From Catajapyx aquilonaris (taxonomy: Eukaryota): a stretch of DNA of 59,867 nt. How positions within the stretch are numbered: position 1 is the first letter of the stretch; each line of letters starts with the position of its first letter. The notes beneath the pieces are model-generated. The model worked only from the letters and a program-made list of their open reading frames with translations. It did no database searches and was not told the DNA's origin. Where the stretch lies: the NCBI GenBank assembly GCA_000934665.2, contig JYFJ02002310.1, positions 1 to 59,867 on the forward strand, read 5' to 3'. Made by a program: the position numbers and the translations under genes. This document shows, piece after piece, positions 14,467 through 26,500 of this stretch.

Positions 14467-15507
14467 GAGTCGCTTAGAACAAAAGTGGCCCAAGCCCAAA
14501 AAAGCTCAAGTTGGGATCATAATTTACCTGCAAGTTTGGAAGGTCCTATAGATAAAAGGGAAATCATATGTCTAGATCCATATTGTGTCAGCTTGGCAAT
14601 CATTACAGGGCAGTCTTTTTCAGATATGTATTCGTGCTACTGTCACAAAAAACTGATTATTGATAAAAAAAATCATATGTGACTTACACCATATTAATCC
14701 TACACAATCAAAAATCATGGACTTACACCATTGTTGACTGGCTGTAATAATTGAAGGGCTCGGGAGTAAACAATTGTAAGGGTATGGGTTTTACATATCC
14801 CTTACCATTGTTTACTCCCGAGCCCTTCAATTATAACATTTCCTTTGATCATTCCTCAATTTTAACAAAAATAATTTAAGCAAACATCAATTTCAATAAA
14901 AAATTTACGAAAAACAAAATTTCAGAAAAAATCAACAATTTGTCTAAAAATTAAAAAATCGACAATTAACAAATAAGAAATTGTCTTTTGGAAAAAGTGT
15001 GTGTTATATTAATTTCCTTCTTTGCGAAAAAAATGACATTTTTTCGGACTTTTCTTTGTTTTAGCCATGCATGGATAATCCGCACCTGGATAATCGAGAA
15101 TACAGTGTATCATTGCACCTGACGGTTAGCATAAGTAGAATGGCTAAGATCCTTGGTACGCGGAACCTTCTGTTAATCTCCGTTCCTCTGGAATCATTAT
15201 CATCTGACGATGGAGGTGACGCTGAAGGCACGTATTTGTCCGTATAGACGAGGTGTCCCCAGAAATATCGCTTGGATCTTCGTCGACCATGTTTATCAGC
15301 TGGATGGGACTTACACTAGGATTGCTCCAAGGGGTAGCCAACTCTCCTTGGAGCATAAAATGAGATTATGCCATCGACCGGCCAAATATCCAACTTAGGA
15401 CTTATATCATTTTTTTTCACCAACTTGGAGTAGTTTCTGAATATGATGACAATCCTATCTCAAAAATGGAATTTTTGGACTTGAACCACTTTTGTTCTAA
15501 TCGCCTC
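14467..15507. mobile_element. Non-autonomous DNA transposon with GAG...CTC termini and AATT flanks (Sola-like)
   Basis: ~36-bp imperfect TIR: GAGTCGCTTAGAACAAAAGTGGCCCAAGCCCAAAAA / TTTTTGGACTTGAACCACTTTTGTTCTAATCGCCTC. AATT on both sides. GRG termini with a 4-bp TSD are typical of Sola2. Confidence 0.65.
14747..14834. repeat. Hairpin/inverted repeat with a 28-bp perfect outer stem
   Basis: ATAATTGAAGGGCTCGGGAGTAAACAAT ... ATTGTTTACTCCCGAGCCCTTCAATTAT; lies inside the Sola-like element. Confidence 0.85.
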
Positions 15508-15610
15508 AATTATTTCATTGCTCATTCGATAGCGTTCGCACTAATCTTGTGCTAATACTGATGTGGGTAATTGAAACTTAGCAGCTGTGCAAATTTCCAT
15601 GGTCACCAAT

Positions 15611-15681
15611 AGGCTACATATCACTTGCTCATGCTGGCATCAAGTGACATGATGCCAGCATGAACAAGTGATATGTAGCCT
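15611..15681. repeat. Hairpin with a 32-bp stem (1 mismatch) and 7-nt loop
   Basis: AGGCTACATATCACTTGCTCATGCTGGCATCA-agtgaca-TGATGCCAGCATGAACAAGTGATATGTAGCCT. Confidence 0.9.
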
Positions 15682-15807
15682 GGACTGAGTAAGGTTTTTG
15701 GCATAATACTAGTCTCCAATTCATTTAATTGGGTGCTGAATATTGCAGCTTTTTCAATACCACCCATGTGAACTATAATAATTATCTCTCATGCACCCAG
15801 CCGTATG

Positions 15808-16138
15808 CAGGGTGTCCCATCTTTTTTTGTCCGAACAGTTATCGGAAAATTGCGTGTAGCTGCTACTTTTTAAGCAGTGACTAGCAAACGGTGATTTTTC
15901 GGAGGCACGGGGAATATTCCCTGCGAATCGTAGGTTGAAGTGGCATACGTGCTGCCCGCTGAAAATTGAGGGTCAAGCCTGAAAAAAAGAGGGTCACACA
16001 TGCCATGGGATGTGTGACCCTCTTTTTCCCCATTCCCCATTCCTCCGACAAATCACCGGTTGCAAGTCACTGCTTAAAAAGTAGCAGCTACGCACAATTT
16101 TCCGATAACTGTTCGGACAAAAAAGATGGGACACCCTG
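15808..16138. mobile_element. Tc1/mariner-type MITE, family A, copy 1
   Basis: CAGGGTGTCCCATC...GATGGGACACCCTG, ~95-bp TIRs, TG/TA flanks (degenerate TA TSD). Homologous to 32033-32362. Confidence 0.9.
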
Positions 16139-16806
16139 TATATGATCCTGTTATTATACTGTATTTATACTTGGTTTAATCGTAGGTTGAAATGTCATCT
16201 AAAATGAGATCAGGCCATGACTCGAGTAGGCCTACAGTCACCTTCAGATTTTTTTTCCAGCCGCGATAAGTTACTGATGAGCGGAACCAAAATTATACTT
16301 TACAATGGAGTTCAATTACGGAAGGTAAACATCCCATTGTATTGCTCAAATTGATAGTAGGCATTAAACAGATAATTGGCCACCTTCCCGACCTCGGTCT
16401 CATTTGATCTAGGCACCTTATACTAGTTGTTAGGATGTGCCATTATAAACAAAACATTATACTGTAATAAATAATAAATTGATCACGATGCTATCGCGCA
16501 CCTAGCGCATTACATTAATATTTACGTAGGCCCTGTATAATCTGGTTATTGCTCACATATTCTCATCACATTGAATTTTTGAAACGAAATTGTCAATATA
16601 TCAACACTTGTAATGTCATAGGCTGCGAATAAAAATCATTTTCCCATTATTATAATGTCGGTAGTATAAAATCATATCAAACAAAAATTTCAGATTATGT
16701 ACAGGTGTTCACAATCCACATTTTCCTTGTCAAGTTGATGCAACCAGCCATAAACATTTTATATTTGTTTCTCTATAAATTCGATAAAGTACAATATTGT
16801 GGAAGC

Positions 16807-16826
16807 CAACAACAACAACAACAACA

Positions 16827-16885
<59 letters not shown>
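16807..16885. repeat. Compound (CAA)n(CTA)n microsatellite, probably the tail of the adjacent SINE
   Basis: Visible run directly at the 3' end of the minus-strand SINE. Confidence 0.95.
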
Positions 16886-17053
16886 ACTACAGATTTTGAT
16901 AGTGCGAGGAAACATCCATAGAAAACCCACACGTAGACGGAGAGAACCCATCGAACTCGTCCCACATGAGAAATTCATGTCCAACCCGGGGATCGAACGG
17001 GGGACCTCATAGAGAGAAGGCTGCATGTTGTTCTAGGTCACTACACCACCAGT
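16886..17053 (-). mobile_element. tRNA-derived SINE with a V/Meta-SINE-like central domain
   Basis: A box TGGTGTAGTG, B box GTTCGATCCC. The body GAGTTCGATGGGTTCTCTCCGTCTACGTGTGGGTTTTCTATGGATGTTTCCTCGCAC resembles the recalled V-domain GAGTTTGCATGTTCTCCCCGTGTCTGCGTGGGTTTCCTCCGGG...TTTCCTCCCAC. (TAG)n tail. Confidence 0.75.
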
Positions 17054-17976
17054 AATGCCAGTACATCACTCTCACTTACATTTGAGCACATTACATTACA
17101 TTACAGATGTTTAGTTATTGAACACAAGGTAGTCAGCTTGACACACATCTGCATCAACTTTCTTCCTCTGATTAATGCCTCTCCGTACCTGTACCCTGCC
17201 GGAATAAAAACACAAATTCCTAACATTATATCTCCCACCTGCACTTTGACACAACATTTCCCACAACACGCCGAGAGATTTATGTGTCAAACCCTTATTT
17301 ATTAATTATACTATCACATTACTCCTATTTTGTCGTCCGTGATGATAAGACATCTTTAGTATTGCGAAGCTAGGTGACAACAAACCGTTATAACTCAACG
17401 AATTGAGGTCGGCAGTTTGCATAACACAAGACCCTTTTGAAATGGCTCTAATTGAAGTGGGAAGATTGGAAGCACGTTGTATGCCACTCCTGATGTATCT
17501 ACTTTTTGTTGCAAAAAAAAAATCCAAATCCGTTACCTTTCTTATTTGAATACTACAAAAAAATGTGGGTGTTTCCTCCTCCCACCCCCTAGCCCCCTTC
17601 TCTCTTTTTAAAATGAGCGCCATCCCAACAACACATGTTTAGTGTCGGTGTGGCTTCTTCATTTGCTCCTTTCTGGTCTAATGGCCCTTTCGCTCCTCAT
17701 TTATTAAGCAGGTAGGAGGCGGAGAATGCATGTCCATTGGTGGGTTTGAGTTGCAAGGGGCGAGGCAGAGGCGGACCTTGCAAAAATTCACGCATGCATG
17801 CAACTTACGCAGCTTGTCGCCATTACACTTAACGTACATATACTTTATCGCGTATGTGTCTTTCAACCCATCCGGATGTACAGGCAACATTGCAGGAACA
17901 AGGCAGCCAAATATCCACTCCCATTGGCCAGAATGCGTACCACTGAAACTGAAATATAACTATATTACATACCTTA

Positions 17977-18148
17977 CTGTCAATTGGGGTGAGATTGTGC
18001 CAGCGTATTTTTTGGACCGCGAATTTTACTCATCATTGTCAATCTTGGCCATCCCTCGATGTAGTGAAACATGCCTAAATTCGCTTGCTGCCAGTAGGTC
18101 GCACTGTTAGCCAAAAATGTTCAGGCACAATCTCACCCCAATTTACTG
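17977..18148. mobile_element. pogo/Tigger-type MITE (172 bp)
   Basis: TA-CTGTCAATTGGGGTGAGATTGTGCC ... GGCACAATCTCACCCCAATTTACTG-TA: 25-bp TIR with 2 mismatches and a TA TSD. Confidence 0.85.
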
Positions 18149-20255
18149 TAATTATAATTATATATAAACACGTACAAGTTCTGTACACCATGTTGCCTGA
18201 ATATGTCAAGCAACTTTTCTGTATCACACTTAATGAATAGGTTGGAGGCTTGCTGGTCCCCCTTCTACACTAATTAGGCAGAAATGAGTCTTAAGCGTTA
18301 CTGGTTTGACAAATCCGTGAAACTTGAGCGGTCAGCCATTTCTCTGGGGTTCTTTTCTTTTTGGCCCCATTCAGCGAACTCTCTGGGACGCCGCCACAAG
18401 AGATTGTTCCTCTACCTTATCTTTGACATCTGCGTGCTAAAGCCTTGCCTTCGAGATTTATGGCATAAGTCAAACCTCCTTAACCGTAGCTTGAGTTATG
18501 TGCGGTTAGAGTCAGGAATCAAGAAGAGTCATTACGGTAAGACACATTTTTTTCCACATTACGACCCATAACCTGGTTGCGCCAGGTGTAAAAAATAACA
18601 TGACTGTTACAAGAATGTCCACACCTGGACAGGTCCACAGCTGAGATGGTTGGAGACCTCATTCTCTGACGTCACCGGTCAAAATTATTTGCATTTCACA
18701 ATGTCGTAGTCACATATTGAGTCATTAGGGTGTTATGCTTCAGGCCACATTTCAAAATCAAGCAACCACGTTGTTTAAAATTATGTAACTGTTATTCTTG
18801 TTGCGATACTATACAGCACTGATGCTTGCTGAAGAAACGTAGGGCCTGTGAAATGCATTGATGGTACTTTCCAAATGAAGGAAATATGATGAGGTCTTAC
18901 GACCTTACGTTGTAATAACGAGTGTGAAATTAACTGAGAAAATATTTTGAACATAAGCCCACTATAGTTAATAATATTGCAGCATATAAGGTGGTGACAA
19001 TCGATGTACCTTGTAACTAATTCGTGAAAAACATGTTATATTGAGACTTATTGTTATAAATAACTGAAAAAAATTATATATGTTTCAGAAAAGAAAATTG
19101 GTCTGCCAAAGACGTCCGCATGATGTCTTCACATACGACATACCGCCAAAATCTTCCTTGTCCACTTTAAACTGCTATAATATACCCTATTTCCATCTTT
19201 CGCGAAATTATAATAACTTACAGGTAGACAATCAAATTGCGTTTTGGGAGAAACATTTACTTATTCCCTGATGTAACTGTATAGCATCCTAGAAGTACGC
19301 GATTACTTTTTTTTGCTATCCATGTCATTCATTTTAGCCTAAAACGTTGCTGTCATACATAATATCCAGTTGCACTCCTGAAATTGGCTTGTAGGCTACA
19401 TTGACTTCTGATCAGTCTCTTTAGAAGTTATGTCCAGTAATTAAATTATGGCAGGTTATGGCCATGGGCTCATGCTCTTGTCACACCAAGAAACGTAATA
19501 TTGAAGCCAGCCTTCAGTGAAATAATGAGCTGGGTGAGACGTGAGAAGAGAAAAAATGAGAAACACTTGTTAATATAGCTAGGTCTCTATAAGTTACTGC
19601 TACTTCTGACAGCCTCAATAATTAGTAATAATGCCTGCTGCACTGCAAATAATATTACCGCATTCTAAGACTCTGAAGAAATCATTTTCACTATGTAATT
19701 TTTAACTTCCTATTATTACGCATCTAGTATTATTTATGCAAGTAAAGTGCTAAATGTATGAGGAGCTTCATGCATAATATATTACAGGTATGTCCAGGGT
19801 TTCAGGAAAATGGTTTCAGAAAACAATTTACTCAATATGGCAGGAAGTCAATGTTATAAAAGGCCCTATGTAGGCGAGAAAGTGGAGGTAAGTTACTGTG
19901 GTTATTATCATATACTATACGTATAGTAACGTAACGGCATATAAAATGATATAGAAGTAAGCAAGTCATTCCATGAGGTAGATCCGTCACTCAGTCACTG
20001 TCCAGAGAGGGGGCTCAAAATAAAGAAAAGGGACGAATATCATAAGTTCAGCCGGTGTTCACTTGCATCAAGGTCATTACGATGATTATTGTCATTTAAA
20101 AAACGGATCTCGTCAAAAGTCCGACGAGTTCGATGTAAATCCAAAGATGCTTGTGCTCGAACACGAAAATGCAATAGCGTCTTAGTTTGTCTAATGGGAC
20201 GAAGGTCTTAGGACTGACGAGCTGATGGACAGACCGGTGCCATCATTGTTTAGAA

Positions 20256-20526
20256 CAGTGGTTCCCAACATGTGGGTCGCGACCACCTTGGGGGTCGCGA
20301 AGTCTTTTCCGGGTGCTGGGTCGCGCGTGCGGCCACGGTTATTGTTACAAATAAATTAATGAAATTGACAAATACATAATATAATTATACATTTTATAGG
20401 AAATTTCACCACGAAGGTTTTTTTTCAACACCTACTAATACTCGGGGCGTCGGGGGGGGGGGGGGTCGCAGGTTACTTCACTATTATAAAAGGGGGTCGC
20501 GACCCGAAAAAGGTTGGGAACCACTG
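20256..20526. mobile_element. hAT (Charlie-like) MITE
   Basis: TIR CAGTGGTTCCCAAC / GTTGGGAACCACTG, perfect 8-bp TSD GTTTAGAA (20248-20255 and 20527-20534), internal GGGTCGC repeats. Confidence 0.95.
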
Positions 20527-23500
20527 GTTTAGAACTCTGTTGAAGAATCCATTTTTACGACAACATTATGAATTTCATGTACATTTGGCAGATTGGGGAC
20601 TTTGCAAAATTTTTTATTTGTCATCTGAATGCATGAACGATATGGATGTCGAGCAATACCGTAAAAAGTCAGCACTTGTGGACATCGAACAATTAATATT
20701 ACTGTCAGCAGTATAGCCAGCAGGTTGCAGCTACAGAATACGCGACTGCAAACAGATAATGTTAAGTTGAATGAGTTTAATTTTGTTCGATTTAACATGG
20801 AACTTACTTCCAAAGCGGTGTGGCGTCTGGTGCCTACGAAGAATGCCTGCAATATACGCGTATTAATGTCTTAATGCTCGGTAATAATGAGTCACATAAT
20901 ACAACTCACATAGGCCTACTACAGTAGTACTGTAAAATTATCATGCAAACCATACTATTTAAAAGGTGTGAAAATTAACATTGGCTACTGTTGGCTGGCA
21001 CTGTGGGCTCTAGTGGTTTAGATTTGTGATGTCTTGAAATCAATCAATCCACAGCTCAAGCACTACACTAAAGTTTTCAGTGAAATGACATGAAGCCGTA
21101 TGTAAACCCATGACTTCTGGTTCGTGTTTGTCGCAGTGCCAAGTGCACAGTAAAATTATTATGCTGTCACTACATTTTATCGTCTTTTAGATCACGGCAC
21201 TGGTATAGGATAGACAAGGAATTTCATTCAGAGGGACACTGAGATCGTTTCTGATTTCAATAGGTACCGGTACGTCATTTTTTCAAAATAAAAATGAACT
21301 CACGGGTGTTTGAATGTATGGCTGTATGCTGTTGCTGTGTATACAGCAAATTTTCCTAGATAAGTTAATGAAGTTATCCTAGACTATGATGCTTCTCTAG
21401 TGATGGGCGTTGACTGTTCATTTCTTGTTTGCATGCTTGATGTTCATCATAATATGCCACGCAGTAAATCCAACCACAACACCAAATCTCCAGGGGTGCG
21501 ACCCGAACATGATACATCTCGTTACCTTCTGCCGGAAGATATACTGTATGTGTGTACCAGGCAGCATGTGCAAGTCAAGTCTCCCAAAACTTGACACACC
21601 TGGAACTCTGTATAAGACGTCGCAGAGTCTGCAAAGAAATCCCATCAACTTAGGAGACATTCATCTGCCAGCATAATTATGCCACTGGTTCTCCATCGGC
21701 GCCAGTGGATACAGGGTGTTCCAGTTGAAATGCCCATTTTAGTTATTGCCTAATATGTATTTACACCTGAAGAAATGGACTCATAGAACAAGCATACCTG
21801 ATAATCCTTGCATCAGGTCATAATTTTCATCACACATTCTGTACGGTTCCATATGAATACCGATCTTCTCAATTACCTAACATCCTAATAGCTGACGACT
21901 TCTAAAAGCACCTGTTTTGATGGTTAATATTCCAGCGTGGGATCGTACGCTCTAGAAAACATCGGAATGAAGGACGAATGATTTCCGGAAGACATTCGGA
22001 GTCGGATTTACGACGTCCTGGAATATTTTGTGCACAATAAATGAGACTTGGGAAGGCAGACTGTAATTGTAAACCTGGAGGGCAGCAAGAAAATAGCTCA
22101 TGGCAACCAACATCCGCCACTCATTGTCATTTTTTCCCCCAAGTTTGCGATACGAAGTAATATCTTTCATATCACGCCTCACAATAAGATAAATACCCTG
22201 CCATGCGTTATAAAACTCAAGCTGATTGTTGCCATTTTTTTTCCACAAAGAAGGTGTCACATCATCAAAATAGGCCCCATGACGCTACGAGCTTACACGA
22301 CACCCTTTTAAAATGGCGCCAAATGGACTCGATTCGAAATGGCGACATCCAAGCCCATCCTCAACAATAAACCCGAGACGAGATGTCAAGCAGTCCAAAA
22401 AGTGCCGCTTTTACTACCCACCTTTTATGACCCCCATAGGGAAAGGCCTCCAATTATCAGGTAGAGTTCATGTCTAAAAAGAGTCCATTTCTAGAAACGC
22501 CATAAACTCCATTTTGTCCTAGAGGTCACCTTCCATAATCCCTCTCTATCTATCCCCCACCACAAAATTTTTTGTTGTTTTTTTTCTTCTTCTTCTCCAC
22601 GTTCTTCCTCTTCGTCTTTGGTTTGAAAAGGAGATCTGTGAACCCAGCCCTCGAATGCTAGGCTAGAGACCCCCTTTGATATACGACAGCAACGGGCATA
22701 ATCTGGCGAGGTCGCGGCCATCCGTCACTGCCACAGGGTGACATTAAGTGCCCCGTTGGCACGACAGGGGGTTCCGATGCCCAGCAAGTGATGGTGGGAG
22801 GAGGGGTGGAGGTGGGGGTGGGTTGTGGGTGGTGAGGAGGGGTATGTGGAGGGGGTTGTCCATGGCCTTTTTGGGGGCCCCCAATGTCATGGACCCTCTT
22901 TTACACTCCACGGCACAGGTGTTAAAACTGGAGACGCCCCACCAAAAATTCCTATGACTTCAATCCGCCATCTTAGCCACTATTGGTGACTACAACATGC
23001 AAATTCAGGCCTAGAAATTACCTATCAACTCATCTCAAAAATTTTGCATGCACAAACTTCAAATGATCCTCTGAACACTTAATAGTTCAATTCATTTTGT
23101 CCTTGCTACTACTTGCACACTTTTGGAAAATTTGTTGACGAATGTAAATCCAACTTTTGATTGTCTATTTCTATTCATCCCATAGCCAAGACATTTGTAG
23201 GCAGAAAAGTTGAGAGGTGTGGAACCGGCACAGACAAGACATCCTGTAAAACAAGCAATCGGCATGTCGGCTGTCGAAGTTGTCCCATCTGGCGTGTCCA
23301 TCTGAACTGCTGCCGAAGGAAGGACCTCGTTCAGTCAGGAATATAGGAACTGGGTCTCATTTGTCCTAATTTACGGTTCATTTGAGACACCCTGCCCGTA
23401 TACTCAGTTTGTGACAGGGAAATCTGGTTTGAACTCCCTCTACATCAGATCAGGTCTGAAAATCATGGGTGTCGGTGAAATGTGCATGATGAAGAAGCAT

Positions 23501-26500
23501 TCCAGACGTGTACCCGACCACTAGAAATAGCCTATAGGAGAGACAAGAGGCAGGCAGGACAAGTGCGTGATGAGCAGGTCGTGGCAGAGACAAATGGCGG
23601 ACCTGGGCTTCCTTCGCAATGCTCCCTCCCTATTCTTTTTTCTTCCAGTTGCAAGGACCCCCATCAAGACCATTCTTTTTCATCTCGCTCCTTTCATGTT
23701 TTATTTCTGCTCTTGTGAGTCGTGGAAGAGCAAGGACGTGCACTAAGCCTCGTTTAATAGCCTATCACTATTTATTTTTGGACTGAGGGCTAGGCCTAGT
23801 CATGCTCCTGTAAACTAAGCAAGAGCCCAATTAATATTTGCACATTTACAGGGGGCCAAACTTTTTTTTTTGCCATTCTACCACGTGTATCACCAGTAGC
23901 CCATATGTAATATGAATTAATATACACCAAAGCACAAAAGTATGTACCCAAATTGTAGGACTGCGTGGTCACATCTAAGCCAACAACCTACAAGTTCAGA
24001 CCTAGCCTATTTCAATAAGACAAATCCTCTATCCACTGCCATCTGATCCATGTTCCAATCTGGCAACATAAAATGTGACTATGGAAAAAAAAATCACATT
24101 TATCTACTGTATTTTTTGCCACCTGTTTTCTCTCTCTCTCTCGCTAGCTCATTGGGTGTACGCACGTCACGTGTTGGACATTTTTATCATCGCGAGAGAT
24201 CGGGCGAGATGTATGAAACACTACATCTCAAAGGGGGGCCCCCCAACCATGCCTTAAATTGTAAGAATTCCAAAGCCGCCATATTGTTTCTTTCTTTAAG
24301 AAAGGCAGGGTTTGTAGAAGGGGGTTAGGCAAGGGGGGAAGGGGGTGGTCAACAAATCTGTCAGGTCGGCCGCAAGTTGCCCCTCACCTTCCTAGTGTAA
24401 GTTCAGGACATCTTAATATCCCAGCTCAGGTCTAGGATTCATAAATTCCTACCCCTCTACCCTCCCTCATTTTTTTTGCAGGGAGAGAGGGAGAGAGGGA
24501 AGGGGTTAGAAAAATATCGGTATGGATTTTTGTAAGGGGCGGGGGGGTTACTTTATTGGACCTTAGGCAACGCAGGCGAGGTGACAACTCCTTGGGTATA
24601 AATTTAAAAAGTGAGTTGTGTTAGGGTAGTGTTATTTTTTCCTTGCGATGTGTTTGTGTGGGAAGGAGTTATTTTACTACTTATCCGCCTCGTATCTTAT
24701 ACGCCTTTTGGTGTTGAGAATTAAACACGTGTTCAAATGTGCGTTCCGGACAGAAACCGAATACGAAATGGTTATGAGGAGCTCAAATGAAGAAATCGAG
24801 CGCTTAATGGTCCAGGTTGGACTTTAATTTATAACAAAAGTATCGGACCCCCAAACTCACCAAAAGGACTATTAGCAGTGATTTGGAAACGCCTTATGCT
24901 ATTTTTTTTTAAACGGTGCGCTTAGTGGCGAAAGAGTCACTTATTTGTCGTAAACCATTCCATTAAGCCTGCAAAACACATGCACTTTTCCTACTCATCA
25001 GTGGGGGGTGATTATTTTATTACCGGTGTACAGGCCGTTATTATGCGTTTAAATAATCGGCCACGTGTTACGGCTGTAACCTTTTGACCCGGGTGAAGTA
25101 CGAAACATCGATGGTCATATCTATACGAATAGCTAAGCCCTGCAGTGCCCAAACGATGTAGTTGAGGAAAATTAGCTTGTACAAACTGCGTCGCATGTCA
25201 ACCGGCATGAGATTTACATCTAAATTATATTTAAAACGAGGATGCCCGCCAGAGGACCCATATTAATAAAAATCGGTGTTTTAGTTCCAGGGACAAAAGA
25301 ATAGTGCTGGAGTAAACTACAGCAGGAAATTATAAACCGGTGCAGCAGGACCCTTCTTCCTGTTTTCACAACAATAAAAACAACAATAGGCTAATTTACG
25401 AGTTATCACAGCATCAGATAACTACCAGATAGTGAGAAAAATTTACAAGCCCGCATCACTAAACATTTGGCCACATATTAATGGTGTTTTTTAAAATCAA
25501 GGTACATATCACGTAATTAAATTTTTTATGAACATTTTTGTGAGAGATGCTGTAGGGGTCACACCGAATTCCAACCAAATCCAGTGCTTACCGTCACCAA
25601 CTTGTCACCTCGACGTCACTCACAACTTCTAATACTCCAAACCGGATCATAACCCTAATTACAACACATCAAATCGTTTCACACTGGAGATAGTAAGGGA
25701 AAAAAAGAGACGGCGAAAGACTAGTGGACGTGACCAAAAAAAAAAATTGCTTGTCTTTCGTCTCCGGAGACAAATACTTAAGGTTGCCCCGCCCATTTTT
25801 TGAGTCCAGCTGGGGTCTTCCCAAAAAGACCCCACCCAGAGACATAAACACCTGATTTATATCCACGCCAATACAATTGCTCGGATCTTTATCACCTGTC
25901 TTGTTACTCACCGTTGGACACAGAACTTAAGGGTGACCTCGATGCCACGACTTCAAGATGTTGCATCCGTGGGCTCTCTCACATTTTTCTGACATTTAAA
26001 AAAATTTGTATTTATGCGCATTTTTTTGGCAAAATGGGGTCATGGTTGGTTGTCAGGAAATAAAGTAATTTTTGCGAAAAGCTGCTGGAAAATTATGCGC
26101 AATTTCTAAAAATGAGAAAGTTTTTGGCATGCGTTCTTACAAGAACGTGAGAAACTTGGGTGAAATTAATAACCGTGCATACATGTCCGAATTGAAGGTA
26201 AACAAATAATTTCTGCTTAGGTCAACATTGTGGCGAATTTAAACGAATTAATCCACCCGCAAATAAGAAGAAAATATTGCGTATATAGAAAAGATAGGCC
26301 GTGAGAACAAGCATATGCAATAGATCAGAAAAGGAGTCAAGAGTCAACAAAGGCAAATGGTTTGATGAATGGTGCTTTTTTTTCTTCTTAGTTACGAGCC
26401 TATGGTTTGTTATGCGCAAACTCATGAGCATGCAAAACACATCAGCAATCTCATACATTTTTATAGGCAATGACCTTTACAACATTTCCAGAGTTCATTG

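Noticed and set aside
16705..17026. Poly-Thr/Val/Leu ORFs (also poly-Ile at 29610, poly-Tyr at 31090, poly-Leu at 34885)
   Set aside because: Translations of trinucleotide microsatellites.
21712..21760. Solitary CAGGGTG/CACCCTG ends (also ~2785, ~8455, ~35967, ~51903, ~57057)
   Set aside because: Probably MITE remnants, but no partner TIR was found to delimit an element.
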